Origin: Verrucomicrobiota bacterium
GTDB taxonomy: Bacteria; Verrucomicrobiota; Verrucomicrobiia; Limisphaerales; SXQI01
Assembly (NCBI GenBank): GCA_033762115.1
Contig: JANRLX010000045.1
Span: 1-58,799 of the forward strand
Direction of reading: 5' to 3'
Length of the DNA: 58,799 nt
Below are positions 38,801 through 47,843 of the stretch, piece after piece (position 1 is the first letter of the stretch; each line of letters opens with the position of its first letter). Both the position numbers and the translations under genes were made by a program. The notes under the pieces were generated by a model, which searched no databases, was not told the DNA's origin, and saw only the letters and a program-made list of their open reading frames with translations.

Positions 38801-39078
38801 ACCTCGACTGCCGGACCATTTGTATTAACTGCAGCGAAGCGGTGCATTCCCCGTGGTTGCCAGGCGCGGCGACCGAGCCGAACGCTCGATTCGAGCATGA
38901 CCTTTTGATATTTTGGAGAAACCCTGGCGCGAACAACGATATTTGTTCCATCGAGAAAAATATTCAGGATTTGGGGTTCTGAATTGGTGCCTGCTGCTTT
39001 GGAAACGCCTAAGGTCATCAGGAGGCCTGCTGCGATTCCGATTGTGAGAATGACCCGATTAATCCAATGTTTTTTCAT
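35869..39078 (-). CDS. Large secreted beta-propeller domain protein
   Basis: Signal peptide from MKKHWINR, EADIWK, ATRF.GDKLYAVTF..IDPLWIIDLSDP.NP...GELEIPGWSTYIHP, repeated 'IDxxDP' blades. Confidence 0.82.
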   Translation of the reverse strand: MKKHWINRVILTIGIAAGLLMTLGVSKAAGTNSEPQILNIFLDGTNIVVRARVSPKYQKVMLESSVRLGRRAWQPRGMHRFAAVNTNGPAVEVTFRIPVTADMELLRVRGDFSDPLPASFYTGITKYQSLETLSEDAIQYFPAVGLFDNLGAPGSPVSAPAERSPRQVVEADIWKLSGNTLFFFNQYRGLQVIDVTDPDSPNLIGSFTLNLGGEDMYVIGTNRVVLIARDNCYYWNNGAESRVLFFEINNGVPTLTSEMGIPGHVQESRLVGSSLYLVSSRYGYNRLIDATGSSEAIAEQGSEVISIDITNFDQPVKKKTHWLTGYANAIYATDAYLFVAQNKWVSDASRSEVSVFDISSIDGNFEFKSRLHTEGQITDKFKMNYKESVFSAIGSFQGSVSNRWVIRTIVQTFSLTNAAAPVQLGHLNIIENEQLHATRFDGDKLYAVTFLRIDPLWIIDLSDPANPRRVGELEIPGWSTYIHPLGDRLLTIGVEVSNSWRTTVQLFDVANPAKPALLSKIYLGEQWSSSEAQHNEKAFTVVEEAGLVAIPFSAYNTNHAFIQGVQLIDFGSSNLVKRGIVERDFTTRRTALHKNRLLAISAQELVTIDLTDRDNPEVVNDTVLAWKTDRLHLAGDYLLQIENDVSPLVHISLATDLTRIVRTVALTNLNIISSVAKNGKLYVLQGQQNYWYNPVFHPWLNQASTNLETTVLSVYDLGQLPELPLLGQAIAPALDSYSSVTPLWPKDNLLIWFQESYTSPYWYFRDWAFPPLLADSIGGLAMRRYPYWWGNGYSSRLLAFSVAPEGPRFVSDLKLTRTNGNAHGTSILAANGLVFASYVTTEYQAILPITVTNQPHDVFQQETRGEWHRNAFLDVIDYSDPSDPVVRAPVNISAPIMAISHGGSVLYTQGLRKDSEGDSKAFYLDALAYDGVEAHLIDSVRSTNEWIRSGLVHKDQLILATSVSTNSALETWTLSTEGKLAQLASLTLSSPLSEMLVFGELLVTRSSRIHLYDASNPLSIKLLKQDELGSCLSFTLKDADGDLDRGLWVPLGWYGTTYIPVHTPATLQQ

Positions 39079-39260
39079 GCCTTTTAAGTTGTTAAAGGTT
39101 ATGAGGCATGGAGTTAAAAGATTTCCTTGTGCATATAGCAACATCCCACCTAGCCTGGTCCAACCGTCTACAAACCGGCAAACCAAAACGTAGATCAAAA
39201 TGGTAGTAAACAGACATTTAGCTGAGTCTATGGTAACTACCCAAATTGCTCTGTCAATCT

Positions 39261-40721
39261 TTATGGTTGGTTGAGCTGGATTTTCACTTCCAACCCATGT
39301 GGAACACGGTTGCGGCAGGTTACAGACCCTTCACAACGTTCGATACAACTTTTGACAATAGTCAACCCCAGCCCAGTGCCCCCGGTTTCAAGAGTGCGGG
39401 AGGGATCAACTCGGTAAAAAGGATCGAACAGCCGATTCAAACTTTCCTCCGGCACGCCAGGACCGCTATCGGCGACGATGATTTCAACTTTTTTAGCTTT
39501 TGAGCAGGCTGAGATTTGAATGGGGCCGGAATTGGCGGCATAACGCAACGCATTGCGAACGAGATTGGATAGGGCGCGGACCAATAAATGTGCATCTGCC
39601 AGAACACTCAGGCCGATTTCGATCTGGAGAACAACCCTTTCGGAATCGACTCCTTCCTTTTTCAATGCTTCAGCAACTGCTGCTTCAACATTGACGGCGA
39701 TCAATTGGCATTGAGATTCTTGCAAGGAAGCTTTTGAAAAGGCCAGAAGCTCATTCACCAATGTGCTCATTTGATCCACCTCATCGCGTAATCCAGTCAG
39801 ATATTTCTTCTGTTGCGGAGTCGAAGCAGAAGATTCTTCAAGTATTCCAAGTGACATTTGGATGCGCGCCAGAGGGGAACATAGCTCATGAGCTATGTCA
39901 CCGAGAAACCGGCGTTGTCCATTGACGAGGGTATCCAGCCTGCTGGCCATGAAGGCGATTCCTCTTCCAAGCTGGCCGAGTTCATCCCGTCGTTCCACAG
40001 AGAGATTCACATTGAACTTTCCCTGCCCTATTTGTTCTGTGGCCAAAGTCATGCGTTTAAGGGCAGAGGTGATTCCCCGAACCAGGGGGAGCCAAAAGAG
40101 AATGGATAAAATGATGGCACCGATTGAAAATGTCGCGAGAGGTCTCCAATCGAAAAAGAACCCGTTGCCATCCAATGAACTGGAACGAATTAGAAGAATA
40201 GTGGGCGGAGCGGGCAGGCCGGGACTGCGCATGAAAAGCGGAACTCCTACCCAGTATTGAGTCGGATTTTTGGAGCGTAGCGCAAAACGTGGCGGCACCC
40301 CACGATTTCTCGGAAAACGGTCTTCTCTCATCAATTCCGGGGACTCAGGAGGAGGTCTCATTTCATCCAACCATCCCGCGCCCGCTCCAGGTTTTCTAAA
40401 GCGGGTGACAAGTTCGGCTGGCAGGGTAATTTGCGGTCCAGCCATTTGTATCCCATCGAATCTGAAAAGAAAAAAGTCCACGCCATAGCTTTCAGAATAA
40501 CGGGAGAGCTGTGCATCCCATTCAGAACGAGGAGAGGAACGAACATCACGAGCAATCATTTCTGCGGTTGCCTGGAGCCGAGCACCGGTCGGCCCGGCAA
40601 GGAGCAATTCCATGCCTCGTGGAAATTGCGAAGCGAGAAGAACGATAGCAATGACGGCCAGCAGCAGCAGGTTCAGGAAAAACCAGGCGATGATTTTGGA
40701 GAAAAGAGGAATCAAAGGCAT
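39261..40721 (-). CDS. HAMP-domain sensor histidine kinase (CpxA-like)
   Basis: Two TM segments, RRDELGQL HAMP, IAHELCSPLARI, NLVRNA, DSGPG, GGTGLGL. Confidence 0.93.
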   Translation of the reverse strand: MPLIPLFSKIIAWFFLNLLLLAVIAIVLLASQFPRGMELLLAGPTGARLQATAEMIARDVRSSPRSEWDAQLSRYSESYGVDFFLFRFDGIQMAGPQITLPAELVTRFRKPGAGAGWLDEMRPPPESPELMREDRFPRNRGVPPRFALRSKNPTQYWVGVPLFMRSPGLPAPPTILLIRSSSLDGNGFFFDWRPLATFSIGAIILSILFWLPLVRGITSALKRMTLATEQIGQGKFNVNLSVERRDELGQLGRGIAFMASRLDTLVNGQRRFLGDIAHELCSPLARIQMSLGILEESSASTPQQKKYLTGLRDEVDQMSTLVNELLAFSKASLQESQCQLIAVNVEAAVAEALKKEGVDSERVVLQIEIGLSVLADAHLLVRALSNLVRNALRYAANSGPIQISACSKAKKVEIIVADSGPGVPEESLNRLFDPFYRVDPSRTLETGGTGLGLTIVKSCIERCEGSVTCRNRVPHGLEVKIQLNQP

Positions 40722-40722
40722 G

Positions 40723-41430
40723 TCACTCCGGGGGAATCAAGGTATATCCGACCGCTCGAACCGTTTTAATGAAGCGGGGTTCCCGCGCATCATCCTTCAA
40801 CTTCCTTCGAAGGGAGGCGATATGTACGTCAATGGAACGATCAAAGACTTCATAATCTCGTTCCCGCACCTCCTCAAGCAGCTGTTCCCTCGTTTTGACC
40901 CGACCAGGAGCGCGCATGAGCGAGGCCAGTAAATCAAATTCCACAGCAGTGAGCAGCAGAGGTTGGTTATCGAGCAAGGCAGTTCGTGTTGATGGATTAA
41001 GCCGCAATGCATTGACGATCAGATCAGGTTCCAGATCGTTCGAAACCGCTTTCCGATTACCTCGCCGTGTCACCGCACGAAGACGCGCAAGCAGTTCTCT
41101 TGAAGAAAATGTTTTGGGAAGGTAATCGTCTGCTCCCAATTCAAGTCCCACAATGCGATCAGCCTCTTCCCCGCGAGCAGTCAACATGAGAACAGGAGCA
41201 TCTGTTCTGGTGCGTATCCTTTTGAGCGCTTCAAAGCCATCAATGCCAGGGAGCATCACGTCGAGAATAATCGCAGCCCATGGTTCCTGATCAGCCCTTT
41301 CGACTCCGTTTAGCCCATTGTGAGCCAGTTCAACTGAATATCCCATTGGTTCAAGATAATCCTTGATCAAGCTGCAAAGCTTTCGATCATCATCAATGAT
41401 CAGAACCCTTGGTTGAACGGTGGTGTCCAT
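40723..41430 (-). CDS. OmpR-family response regulator (CpxR-like)
   Basis: IIDDD, LDVMLP, GLELGADDYLPK, DRSIDVHI..LRRKL, TVRAVGY. Confidence 0.95.
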   Translation of the reverse strand: MDTTVQPRVLIIDDDRKLCSLIKDYLEPMGYSVELAHNGLNGVERADQEPWAAIILDVMLPGIDGFEALKRIRTRTDAPVLMLTARGEEADRIVGLELGADDYLPKTFSSRELLARLRAVTRRGNRKAVSNDLEPDLIVNALRLNPSTRTALLDNQPLLLTAVEFDLLASLMRAPGRVKTREQLLEEVRERDYEVFDRSIDVHIASLRRKLKDDAREPRFIKTVRAVGYTLIPPE

Positions 41431-41476
41431 GCGTTTTTCCCAGTAAAAACCGCAAAACGGGGAAATGTCGAACTTC

Positions 41477-41569
41477 TTTACGTTTTCTTAACATACCTTT
41501 GAAGCCATGTGCCGAAAACGCTGGGAACCGGCTTTTTTCAGAAAAACCAGAACTTTACCTTTCCTTTAC
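41477..41569. promoter_or_regulatory. Two CpxR/OmpR-like direct-repeat boxes in the divergent promoter region
   Basis: TTTAC-N6-TTAAC (41477-41492) and TTTAC-N6-TTTAC (41554-41569), i.e. GTAAA repeats on the minus strand. Confidence 0.5.
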
Positions 41570-41683
41570 AATTTTCAGGTCCAAGGCACACACAGACTTA
41601 ACAGTGAGGGCGTCAATTAATAACAGAAGCTGGTTAACAGAAACAAACGCGAGTGAAGCCAGCCCTCGCAACATAGGAACCAA

Positions 41684-42013
41684 ATGAAAAAAGTTATTAT
41701 TCTCTCAGCCGCAGCTCTGCTTCTGTCAGGAGCAGGAATATTGATCGCCCAGGATACCGATATCGGCAGGCCTGGTCCGCGCCGTGGTGGTAATGTGGAA
41801 GGGGAACGCCCCAATGGCCCAGGCCGCCCAGGCCGTCCACATTTTCCATTATTTGGATTATTCGATTCGAATCGAGATGGCGTGATTGACGCTGAGGAAA
41901 TCAACAATGCGAGCCAGGTCCTGCTGAGACTGGATCGAAATGGTGACGGACAGCTGAGCAAAGATGAGTTGCGTCCGCCACGTCCGCACGCGCCTGAAGG
42001 TGAACAGGAATAA
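41684..42013 (+). CDS. Small secreted EF-hand protein
   Basis: Signal peptide, G/P/R-rich linker, DSNRDGVIDAEE and DRNGDGQLSKDE loops. Confidence 0.85.
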   Translation: MKKVIILSAAALLLSGAGILIAQDTDIGRPGPRRGGNVEGERPNGPGRPGRPHFPLFGLFDSNRDGVIDAEEINNASQVLLRLDRNGDGQLSKDELRPPRPHAPEGEQE

Positions 42014-42029
42014 TATTCCAGTTAGAACG

Positions 42030-42065
42030 AAAAGACGCTCCCAACCGGAGCGTCTTTTGTTTTTC
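42030..42065 (+). terminator. Intrinsic terminator
   Basis: AAAAGACGCTCC-caacc-GGAGCGTCTTTT followed by T-run. Confidence 0.85.
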
Positions 42066-42109
42066 ATGGACAAATCCAACTATCGTTTCTTAAAAGCTGC
42101 TGATAATTT

Positions 42110-43030
42110 ATGGCGATGATTTCACGCAGAAACTTTTTGACCCGCAGTTCCATCCTGTTGGGTGCATCTTTTGCGCCCTCCGTAATCGCAATTCAGCCAT
42201 TTGATCGAAAAAGCCCACGATTCATGCTGGCACTGGCGGCATATTCTTTTCGTAAATATTTCAAAGAGGCGCCGCAGGAAAAAGATTCAAAAGTGGAGTC
42301 CGTCCGGCAAATCACTTTGTTTGATTTTATAGACTATTGCTCCGAGCACAAAGTGCAGGGCGCAGAATTGACGAGTTACTATTTCCCTAAAACTGTGACC
42401 CAGGAATTTTTACTCAAGCTGAAACGACATGCTTTTCTTCAGGGCGTCGACATCAGCGGAACTGCAGTGGGAAACAATTTGACGTTGCCAAGTGGAGAGA
42501 AACGGAATGAACAGTTAGAACTCGTCAAAGCATGGGTCCGACATGCTCAGGTAATGGGGGCACCGCATATCCGTATATTTGCTGGTGCGGTGCAGGGAAT
42601 TACCAGGGAGGAAGGAATGCAGAACTGCATCACGGCTCTCAAGGAATTGTGCGCATTCGCAGGTCAACATGGGGTCATTCTCGGATTGGAAAATCATGGC
42701 GGGATTGTTGCGGAGGCGGATGATCTTTTGCGAATTATCAAGGAAGTGGAAAGCCCCTGGCTGGCAATCAATCTTGATACAGGGAACTTTCAAACCAGTG
42801 ATCCGTATGGGGACCTTGCAAAATGTGCTCCCTTTGCTGCCAATGTTCAGTTCAAGGTGGAGATTCGCCCGCGCAATGGGCAAAAAGAAAAAGCAGATTT
42901 TCCCCGCCTCTTCAAAATCATGGAGGAAGCAAAGTATCGAGGGTACATTGCCCTGGAGTATGAATCAGCTGAAGATCCCTATGCTGCGGTACCAGGGCTT
43001 TTGGAGCAGATGAGAAGATTCATCGTTTAA
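42110..43030 (+). CDS. Tat-exported sugar phosphate isomerase/epimerase (xylose isomerase-like TIM barrel)
   Basis: SRRNFL, LENHGG, NLDTGNF, YRGYIALEYE. Confidence 0.87.
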   Translation: MAMISRRNFLTRSSILLGASFAPSVIAIQPFDRKSPRFMLALAAYSFRKYFKEAPQEKDSKVESVRQITLFDFIDYCSEHKVQGAELTSYYFPKTVTQEFLLKLKRHAFLQGVDISGTAVGNNLTLPSGEKRNEQLELVKAWVRHAQVMGAPHIRIFAGAVQGITREEGMQNCITALKELCAFAGQHGVILGLENHGGIVAEADDLLRIIKEVESPWLAINLDTGNFQTSDPYGDLAKCAPFAANVQFKVEIRPRNGQKEKADFPRLFKIMEEAKYRGYIALEYESAEDPYAAVPGLLEQMRRFIV

Positions 43031-43117
43031 AACATTAGCAATCTGCCGCGCAAAAAAATTGACGGAAGCGCGTGAAAGTTGTCAGGGTTTGTGGATGTTA
43101 CAGTTTGCGGCGCCGTT

Positions 43118-44404
43118 ATGAATATTGGTGTGATCGGTCTGGGCTATGTAGGCCTGCCTCTTTCACTACAGTTCGCGCGGTCCGGGCTCAAGGTGCTCGG
43201 GCTTGATATCGACTCCGCCAAAGTCGAGGGGATCAACAAAGGACAAAGTTACATCAAGCATATTGAAAGCGCTGCGATCCAAACAGAAATCAAGGCGGGC
43301 CGATTCTCCGCAAGCGGCGATTTCTCCCGAGTCCGGGAACTGGATGCAGTGATTATTTGTGTCCCTACTCCTCTCAATAAGAACCGGGAACCGGATATTT
43401 CATACATTCTGGAGACAGGCAAAAGCATTGCCTGTTATCTGAAGCAGGGCTCACTGGTGGTTCTGGAATCCACTACCTATCCGGGCACGACAGATGAAGA
43501 GTTGCGGCATGTCCTTGAGCAAGGATCGGGACTGAAAGCCGGGAAGGATTTCCACCTGGCATTCTCCCCTGAACGGGAAGATCCCGGCAACCCAGATAGC
43601 CAAGTCGCACAAATTCCAAAGGTTGTGGGGGGATTGACCAGTGCGTGTCTTGAAAAAGCATCTGCTCTTTACAATCGTGCAATCCATACAGTGGTGCCTG
43701 TCTCCTCATGCAGGGCCGCAGAAGCAACAAAGCTTCTCGAGAATATTTTCCGCAGCATCAACATCGCCCTGGTCAATGAATTAAAAGTTGTTTATGGAGC
43801 GATGGGCATTGATGTATGGGAGGTAATCAACGCAGCCAAAACCAAACCGTTTGGCTATATGCCGTTTTATCCGGGTCCTGGTTTGGGAGGCCACTGCATC
43901 CCGATTGATCCATTTTATCTCACGTGGAAAGCAAGGGAATTTGGCCAGCATACACGATTTATTGAACTCGCAGGCGAGATCAATACATCGATGCCTGGAT
44001 TCGTGGTGAATCGTGTGGTTGAGGCATTAAACGCGCAGCGCAAAGCGGTCAATGGATCGCGCATTCTCATTCTTGGTCTTGCCTATAAAGCAAATGTTGA
44101 TGACATGCGTGAATCACCCACATTTGTGCTGATGGATTTATTAAAAGAGCGAGGCGCAGAGGTGGCCTACCACGATCCCCATATTCCAGTGATTACCCCC
44201 ACGCGGGAACATGCAGCATGGACTGGAACCAAGAGTATTGAATGGGACCGAGCGATCATTTCCAAGTTTGATGCGGTGCTGATCTCAACCGCTCACAAAG
44301 CGGTCAATTACCAGGAGCTGGCTGAGGTATCCTCCTGCATAATTGACACTCGAAATGTCATGGCCATTGTGAAAACCCGCCCAGGGCAGGTTTGGAAAGC
44401 ATGA
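43118..44404 (+). CDS. UDP-N-acetylhexosamine 6-dehydrogenase (WbpA-like)
   Basis: GLGYVGLP, CVPTP, ESTTYPGTT, FSPEREDPG, GGHCIPIDP. Confidence 0.92.
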   Translation: MNIGVIGLGYVGLPLSLQFARSGLKVLGLDIDSAKVEGINKGQSYIKHIESAAIQTEIKAGRFSASGDFSRVRELDAVIICVPTPLNKNREPDISYILETGKSIACYLKQGSLVVLESTTYPGTTDEELRHVLEQGSGLKAGKDFHLAFSPEREDPGNPDSQVAQIPKVVGGLTSACLEKASALYNRAIHTVVPVSSCRAAEATKLLENIFRSINIALVNELKVVYGAMGIDVWEVINAAKTKPFGYMPFYPGPGLGGHCIPIDPFYLTWKAREFGQHTRFIELAGEINTSMPGFVVNRVVEALNAQRKAVNGSRILILGLAYKANVDDMRESPTFVLMDLLKERGAEVAYHDPHIPVITPTREHAAWTGTKSIEWDRAIISKFDAVLISTAHKAVNYQELAEVSSCIIDTRNVMAIVKTRPGQVWKA

Positions 44405-45402
44405 AAGCGGACCAACCCAAAATTGCGGTGCTCGGATGTGGCTATTGGGGACAAAACCTGGTGCGCAATTTTCGTGAGCTAGGCGTTCTAAAGCTGGTTT
44501 GCGATCCTGCGGAATCCGGGCGGAACCGCGCCAGGGAAATCGCTCCAGCAGTGGAAATTTCCGAAGATTTCGACAGTGCCTTCGAACGGGACGACATTGA
44601 TGGTATTGTCCTCGCAACCCCGGCAGAAACCCATCATTCCCTTGGACTGAAGGCGCTCAGCAGTGGTAAGGATCTCCTCGTTGAAAAGCCTCTTGCCCTG
44701 AATTATCAGCAGGGCCTGCAACTGCAGGCGAGCGCAGAAAAGCATCAGCGAATTCTGATGGTGGGGCATTTGTTGGAATATCACCCTGCGGTGCTCAAAT
44801 TGAGGGAAATGATCGCAGGAGGCGAGTTGGGAAAAGTTAATTATATTTATTCTAACCGGCTTAATTTCGGAAAAATCAGAACGGAAGAGAACGCACTATG
44901 GAGTTTCGCGCCACATGATATCGCAGTCATTTTGAGATTGTTCGGCGAGATGCCTATTGAAGTGACTTGCGTGGGTGGAAACTACATCACGCCCACCCTT
45001 GCGGATGTGACTGTTTCCTGCCTTCATTTTGCAACCGGCCAGCGAGCTCATATTTTTGTGAGCTGGCTTAACCCATTCAAGGAGCAAAAGCTTGTGGTGG
45101 TTGGAGACAAACAAATGGCTGTTTTCAATGACGTTTCCAAAGATGAAAAATTGACGCTTCATAATCAGCGAGTGGATTTGAATAACCGGCAGCCAATCCT
45201 CCAAAAGGGAGAAGCCCAGGTTGTGCCGCTAAGCGCAGATGAACCGTTGCGCAAAGAATGTGAACATTTCATTCACTGTATTCTGACGCGATCATCTCCA
45301 CTGACGGATGCTGAAAATGGAATCAAAGTGCTGAAGGTGCTTCAAGCATGCCAAACCTCCTTGCAACTGAATGGGCGGCCCACTGTTTTAAGTGAGATTT
45401 GA
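44401..45402 (+). CDS. Gfo/Idh/MocA oxidoreductase (WbpB/WlbA-like 3-dehydrogenase)
   Basis: GCGYWG, VEKPLA, MVGH, APHD; context between WbpA- and WbpD-like genes. Confidence 0.85.
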   Translation: MKADQPKIAVLGCGYWGQNLVRNFRELGVLKLVCDPAESGRNRAREIAPAVEISEDFDSAFERDDIDGIVLATPAETHHSLGLKALSSGKDLLVEKPLALNYQQGLQLQASAEKHQRILMVGHLLEYHPAVLKLREMIAGGELGKVNYIYSNRLNFGKIRTEENALWSFAPHDIAVILRLFGEMPIEVTCVGGNYITPTLADVTVSCLHFATGQRAHIFVSWLNPFKEQKLVVVGDKQMAVFNDVSKDEKLTLHNQRVDLNNRQPILQKGEAQVVPLSADEPLRKECEHFIHCILTRSSPLTDAENGIKVLKVLQACQTSLQLNGRPTVLSEI

Positions 45403-46073
45403 TGAGCTATTTCGCACATCCGACCGCGGTAATTGATCAGCCCTGCATCATTGGCGATGAAACCAAAATCTGGCATTTTGCGCATATCTGCACAGGCGCA
45501 GAGATTGGTCCGCGATGTGTCTTTGGTCAAAATACGATGGTAGGAAACAACGTGCGAATTGGAAGCAACGTCAAAGTCCAAAATAACGTGGCGATTTACA
45601 CAGGCACGACCATCGAGGATGATGTTTTTCTGGGGCCTTCCTGTGTCTTGACAAATGTCACGAACCCCCGTTCCCAGGTGGTTCGACATTCCCTTTACGA
45701 GAAAACATTCATTCGCCGCGGCGCAACCGTTGGAGCCAACGCAACCATCGTTTGTGGTGTTACCCTGGGGCGTTATTGTTTCATTTCAGCTGGCGCAGTG
45801 GTCACAAAAGATGTTCCTGACTATGCATTGATCACGGGGGTGCCAGGGCGACAGAAAGGATGGATGAGCCGTCATGGCCATGTGCTGAAACCTGACAGCA
45901 ACCAGGAGTTAATCTGTCCCGAATCCGGTTTCAAATATGAAGAGCAGAACGGCTTTTTGCGCTGTCTTGACCTCGATGAGGAGGCGCCGCTTCCATTTGA
46001 ATTGACCCAGGGCAAAATCAGTTATGACGAATTCAAAAACCGTCCACCACGTAACGGGAAGAAAGATTACTAA
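45402..46073 (+). CDS. Hexapeptide-repeat N-acetyltransferase (WbpD/WlbB-like)
   Basis: HPTAVID, IWHFAH, KVQNNV, TNVTNPRS, GANATIVCG. Confidence 0.9.
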   Translation: MSYFAHPTAVIDQPCIIGDETKIWHFAHICTGAEIGPRCVFGQNTMVGNNVRIGSNVKVQNNVAIYTGTTIEDDVFLGPSCVLTNVTNPRSQVVRHSLYEKTFIRRGATVGANATIVCGVTLGRYCFISAGAVVTKDVPDYALITGVPGRQKGWMSRHGHVLKPDSNQELICPESGFKYEEQNGFLRCLDLDEEAPLPFELTQGKISYDEFKNRPPRNGKKDY

Positions 46074-47243
46074 ATGGCAGTTCCATTGCTAGATGTTAAT
46101 GCTCAAAACCTGCCGCTCGAAGCGGAGTTGAAGGCAACATTCGAACGCGTGCTCCGATCCGGCCAATTCATAATGGGTCCGGACGTAGCTGCTCTTGAAA
46201 AAGAGATTGCGGCCATGACCGGCGCGCGCCATGCGATTGGCGTTTCTTCCGGAACGGATGCCATTCTCCTGGCGCTTATGGCTCTCGATATAAAGGCGGG
46301 GGATGAAGTGCTCTGTCCAAGCTACACTTTTTTTGCTACTGGAGGATGCATCGCACGAACCGGAGCAACTCCGGTATTTGTCGAGAGCTGCCCAGCTTGC
46401 TTCAACATGGATTTCGAGGATGCTGCTGCCAAGTTAACCAATCGGACCAAGGCAATCATGCCTGTACACCTGTTTGGGCAATCGGCGGACATGGACCCGA
46501 TCCTGGAGTTTGCCAAAGAACGAAAATTGCCGGTAATTGAAGATGCTGCCCAGGCGCTTGGCGCCGAGTATCACGGCAGGCAAATCGGGACAATGGGCAC
46601 ATTTGGAACCTATAGCTTTTTCCCTTCAAAAAATTTAGGGGGGTTTGGTGATGGCGGCATGCTGGTGAGCAACGATGATGCACTGGCTGAAAAGGCACGT
46701 CTCCTCCGAACTCACGGGGCAAAGCCAAAGTATTATCATAAATTAGTCGGAGCAAACTTTCGGCTCGATTCGTTGCAGGCGGCGTTGCTGCGGGTGAAAT
46801 TGCCTCATTATGTTCGATACACTGCTAATCGACGTGCCAATGCCAACTTTTACTGTGAAAAGTTATCCCTGAATCCACACGTGAAAATCTCCTCCGCCTG
46901 CGATTGCCGTACGGCAAAAAAATCGCTTGGCTTAAGCGAGGCAAAAATTATCCTGCCAGTTGCCCATCCCGGCAACTCACACATCTGGAATCAATTCACC
47001 TTAAGAGTTCCTGGACAACGGGATGCCTTTCGCACCGCCCTGACTCACAAAGGGATCGGAACCGAAATTTACTATCCGGTCCCGCTGCATCAACAGGAAT
47101 GCTTTTCTGCTTTGCCTGCACGACGCCTGCCGGTGGCTGAACAATTGGCGCAGGAAGCGATCAGCATCCCTGTGTATCCCGAGTTGACCGCTACCCAGCG
47201 GGAGGAAGTGGTTTCCGCAGTGAACGATTTTCTTCAAAATTAA
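46074..47243 (+). CDS. DegT/DnrJ/EryC1/StrS aminotransferase (WbpE-like)
   Basis: SSGTDA, VHLFGQ, IEDAAQA, SFFPSKNLGGFGDGG, NFRLDSLQAA. Confidence 0.93.
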   Translation: MAVPLLDVNAQNLPLEAELKATFERVLRSGQFIMGPDVAALEKEIAAMTGARHAIGVSSGTDAILLALMALDIKAGDEVLCPSYTFFATGGCIARTGATPVFVESCPACFNMDFEDAAAKLTNRTKAIMPVHLFGQSADMDPILEFAKERKLPVIEDAAQALGAEYHGRQIGTMGTFGTYSFFPSKNLGGFGDGGMLVSNDDALAEKARLLRTHGAKPKYYHKLVGANFRLDSLQAALLRVKLPHYVRYTANRRANANFYCEKLSLNPHVKISSACDCRTAKKSLGLSEAKIILPVAHPGNSHIWNQFTLRVPGQRDAFRTALTHKGIGTEIYYPVPLHQQECFSALPARRLPVAEQLAQEAISIPVYPELTATQREEVVSAVNDFLQN

Positions 47244-47270
47244 TCTTGCGACTACGAGCCTTTTTTGACT

Positions 47271-47298
47271 AAAACGTTCAAAACGAATTGAACGTTTT
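47271..47298. promoter_or_regulatory. Palindromic operator upstream of GbsR/MarR-like regulator
   Basis: Perfect 11-bp inverted repeat AAAACGTTCAA-N6-TTGAACGTTTT ending 5 bp before the ATG. Confidence 0.7.
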
Positions 47299-47303
47299 GA
47301 GCT

Positions 47304-47840
47304 ATGGCTGAGCCTGCACTCCAGAAGCGCACCATTCCGGCAGGGAATTTATCCGCCTCCAAAACACGTCTCCAGATGATCGCTGGATGCGGCCATTTTT
47401 TTCAGGTCCTGGGTCTTCCACGCTCCACAGGCCAAATTTTCGGGGCACTTTACCTCTCGGTAAAACCGCTTTCCCTGGATGACCTGGTCAGGACGCTTTC
47501 GATCAGTAAAGGGAGCGCAAGCATGGGGACTAGATTTTTAATGAATTGGGGTGCCATTCGCCAGGTATGGGTTCCCGGCGAGCGGCGTGACTATTTCGAG
47601 GCTGTGGGAGATTTGGGCGGGCTGTTGCGCAACGCTTATAATGAATTCCTGAAACCTCGGATGAAATCCTCCCAGATGCGGCTTGGAACCATGCTCCACG
47701 ACCTGGATGATGACTTAAAGGCAGGGCACCTGACTCCAGAGGAACACAAGCTTTGCGCCGAACGCCTGAAACATCTAACCCGCACTCAAAAAAAGATGGC
47801 GGCAGTGATTCCACTCGCAGAAAAATTTTTGTTCCGCTGA
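47304..47840 (+). CDS. GbsR/MarR-family transcriptional regulator
   Basis: GLPRSTGQIFGALYLS..PLSLDDL...L.ISKGSAS, GERRDYF. Confidence 0.88.
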   Translation: MAEPALQKRTIPAGNLSASKTRLQMIAGCGHFFQVLGLPRSTGQIFGALYLSVKPLSLDDLVRTLSISKGSASMGTRFLMNWGAIRQVWVPGERRDYFEAVGDLGGLLRNAYNEFLKPRMKSSQMRLGTMLHDLDDDLKAGHLTPEEHKLCAERLKHLTRTQKKMAAVIPLAEKFLFR

Positions 47841-47843
47841 AAC

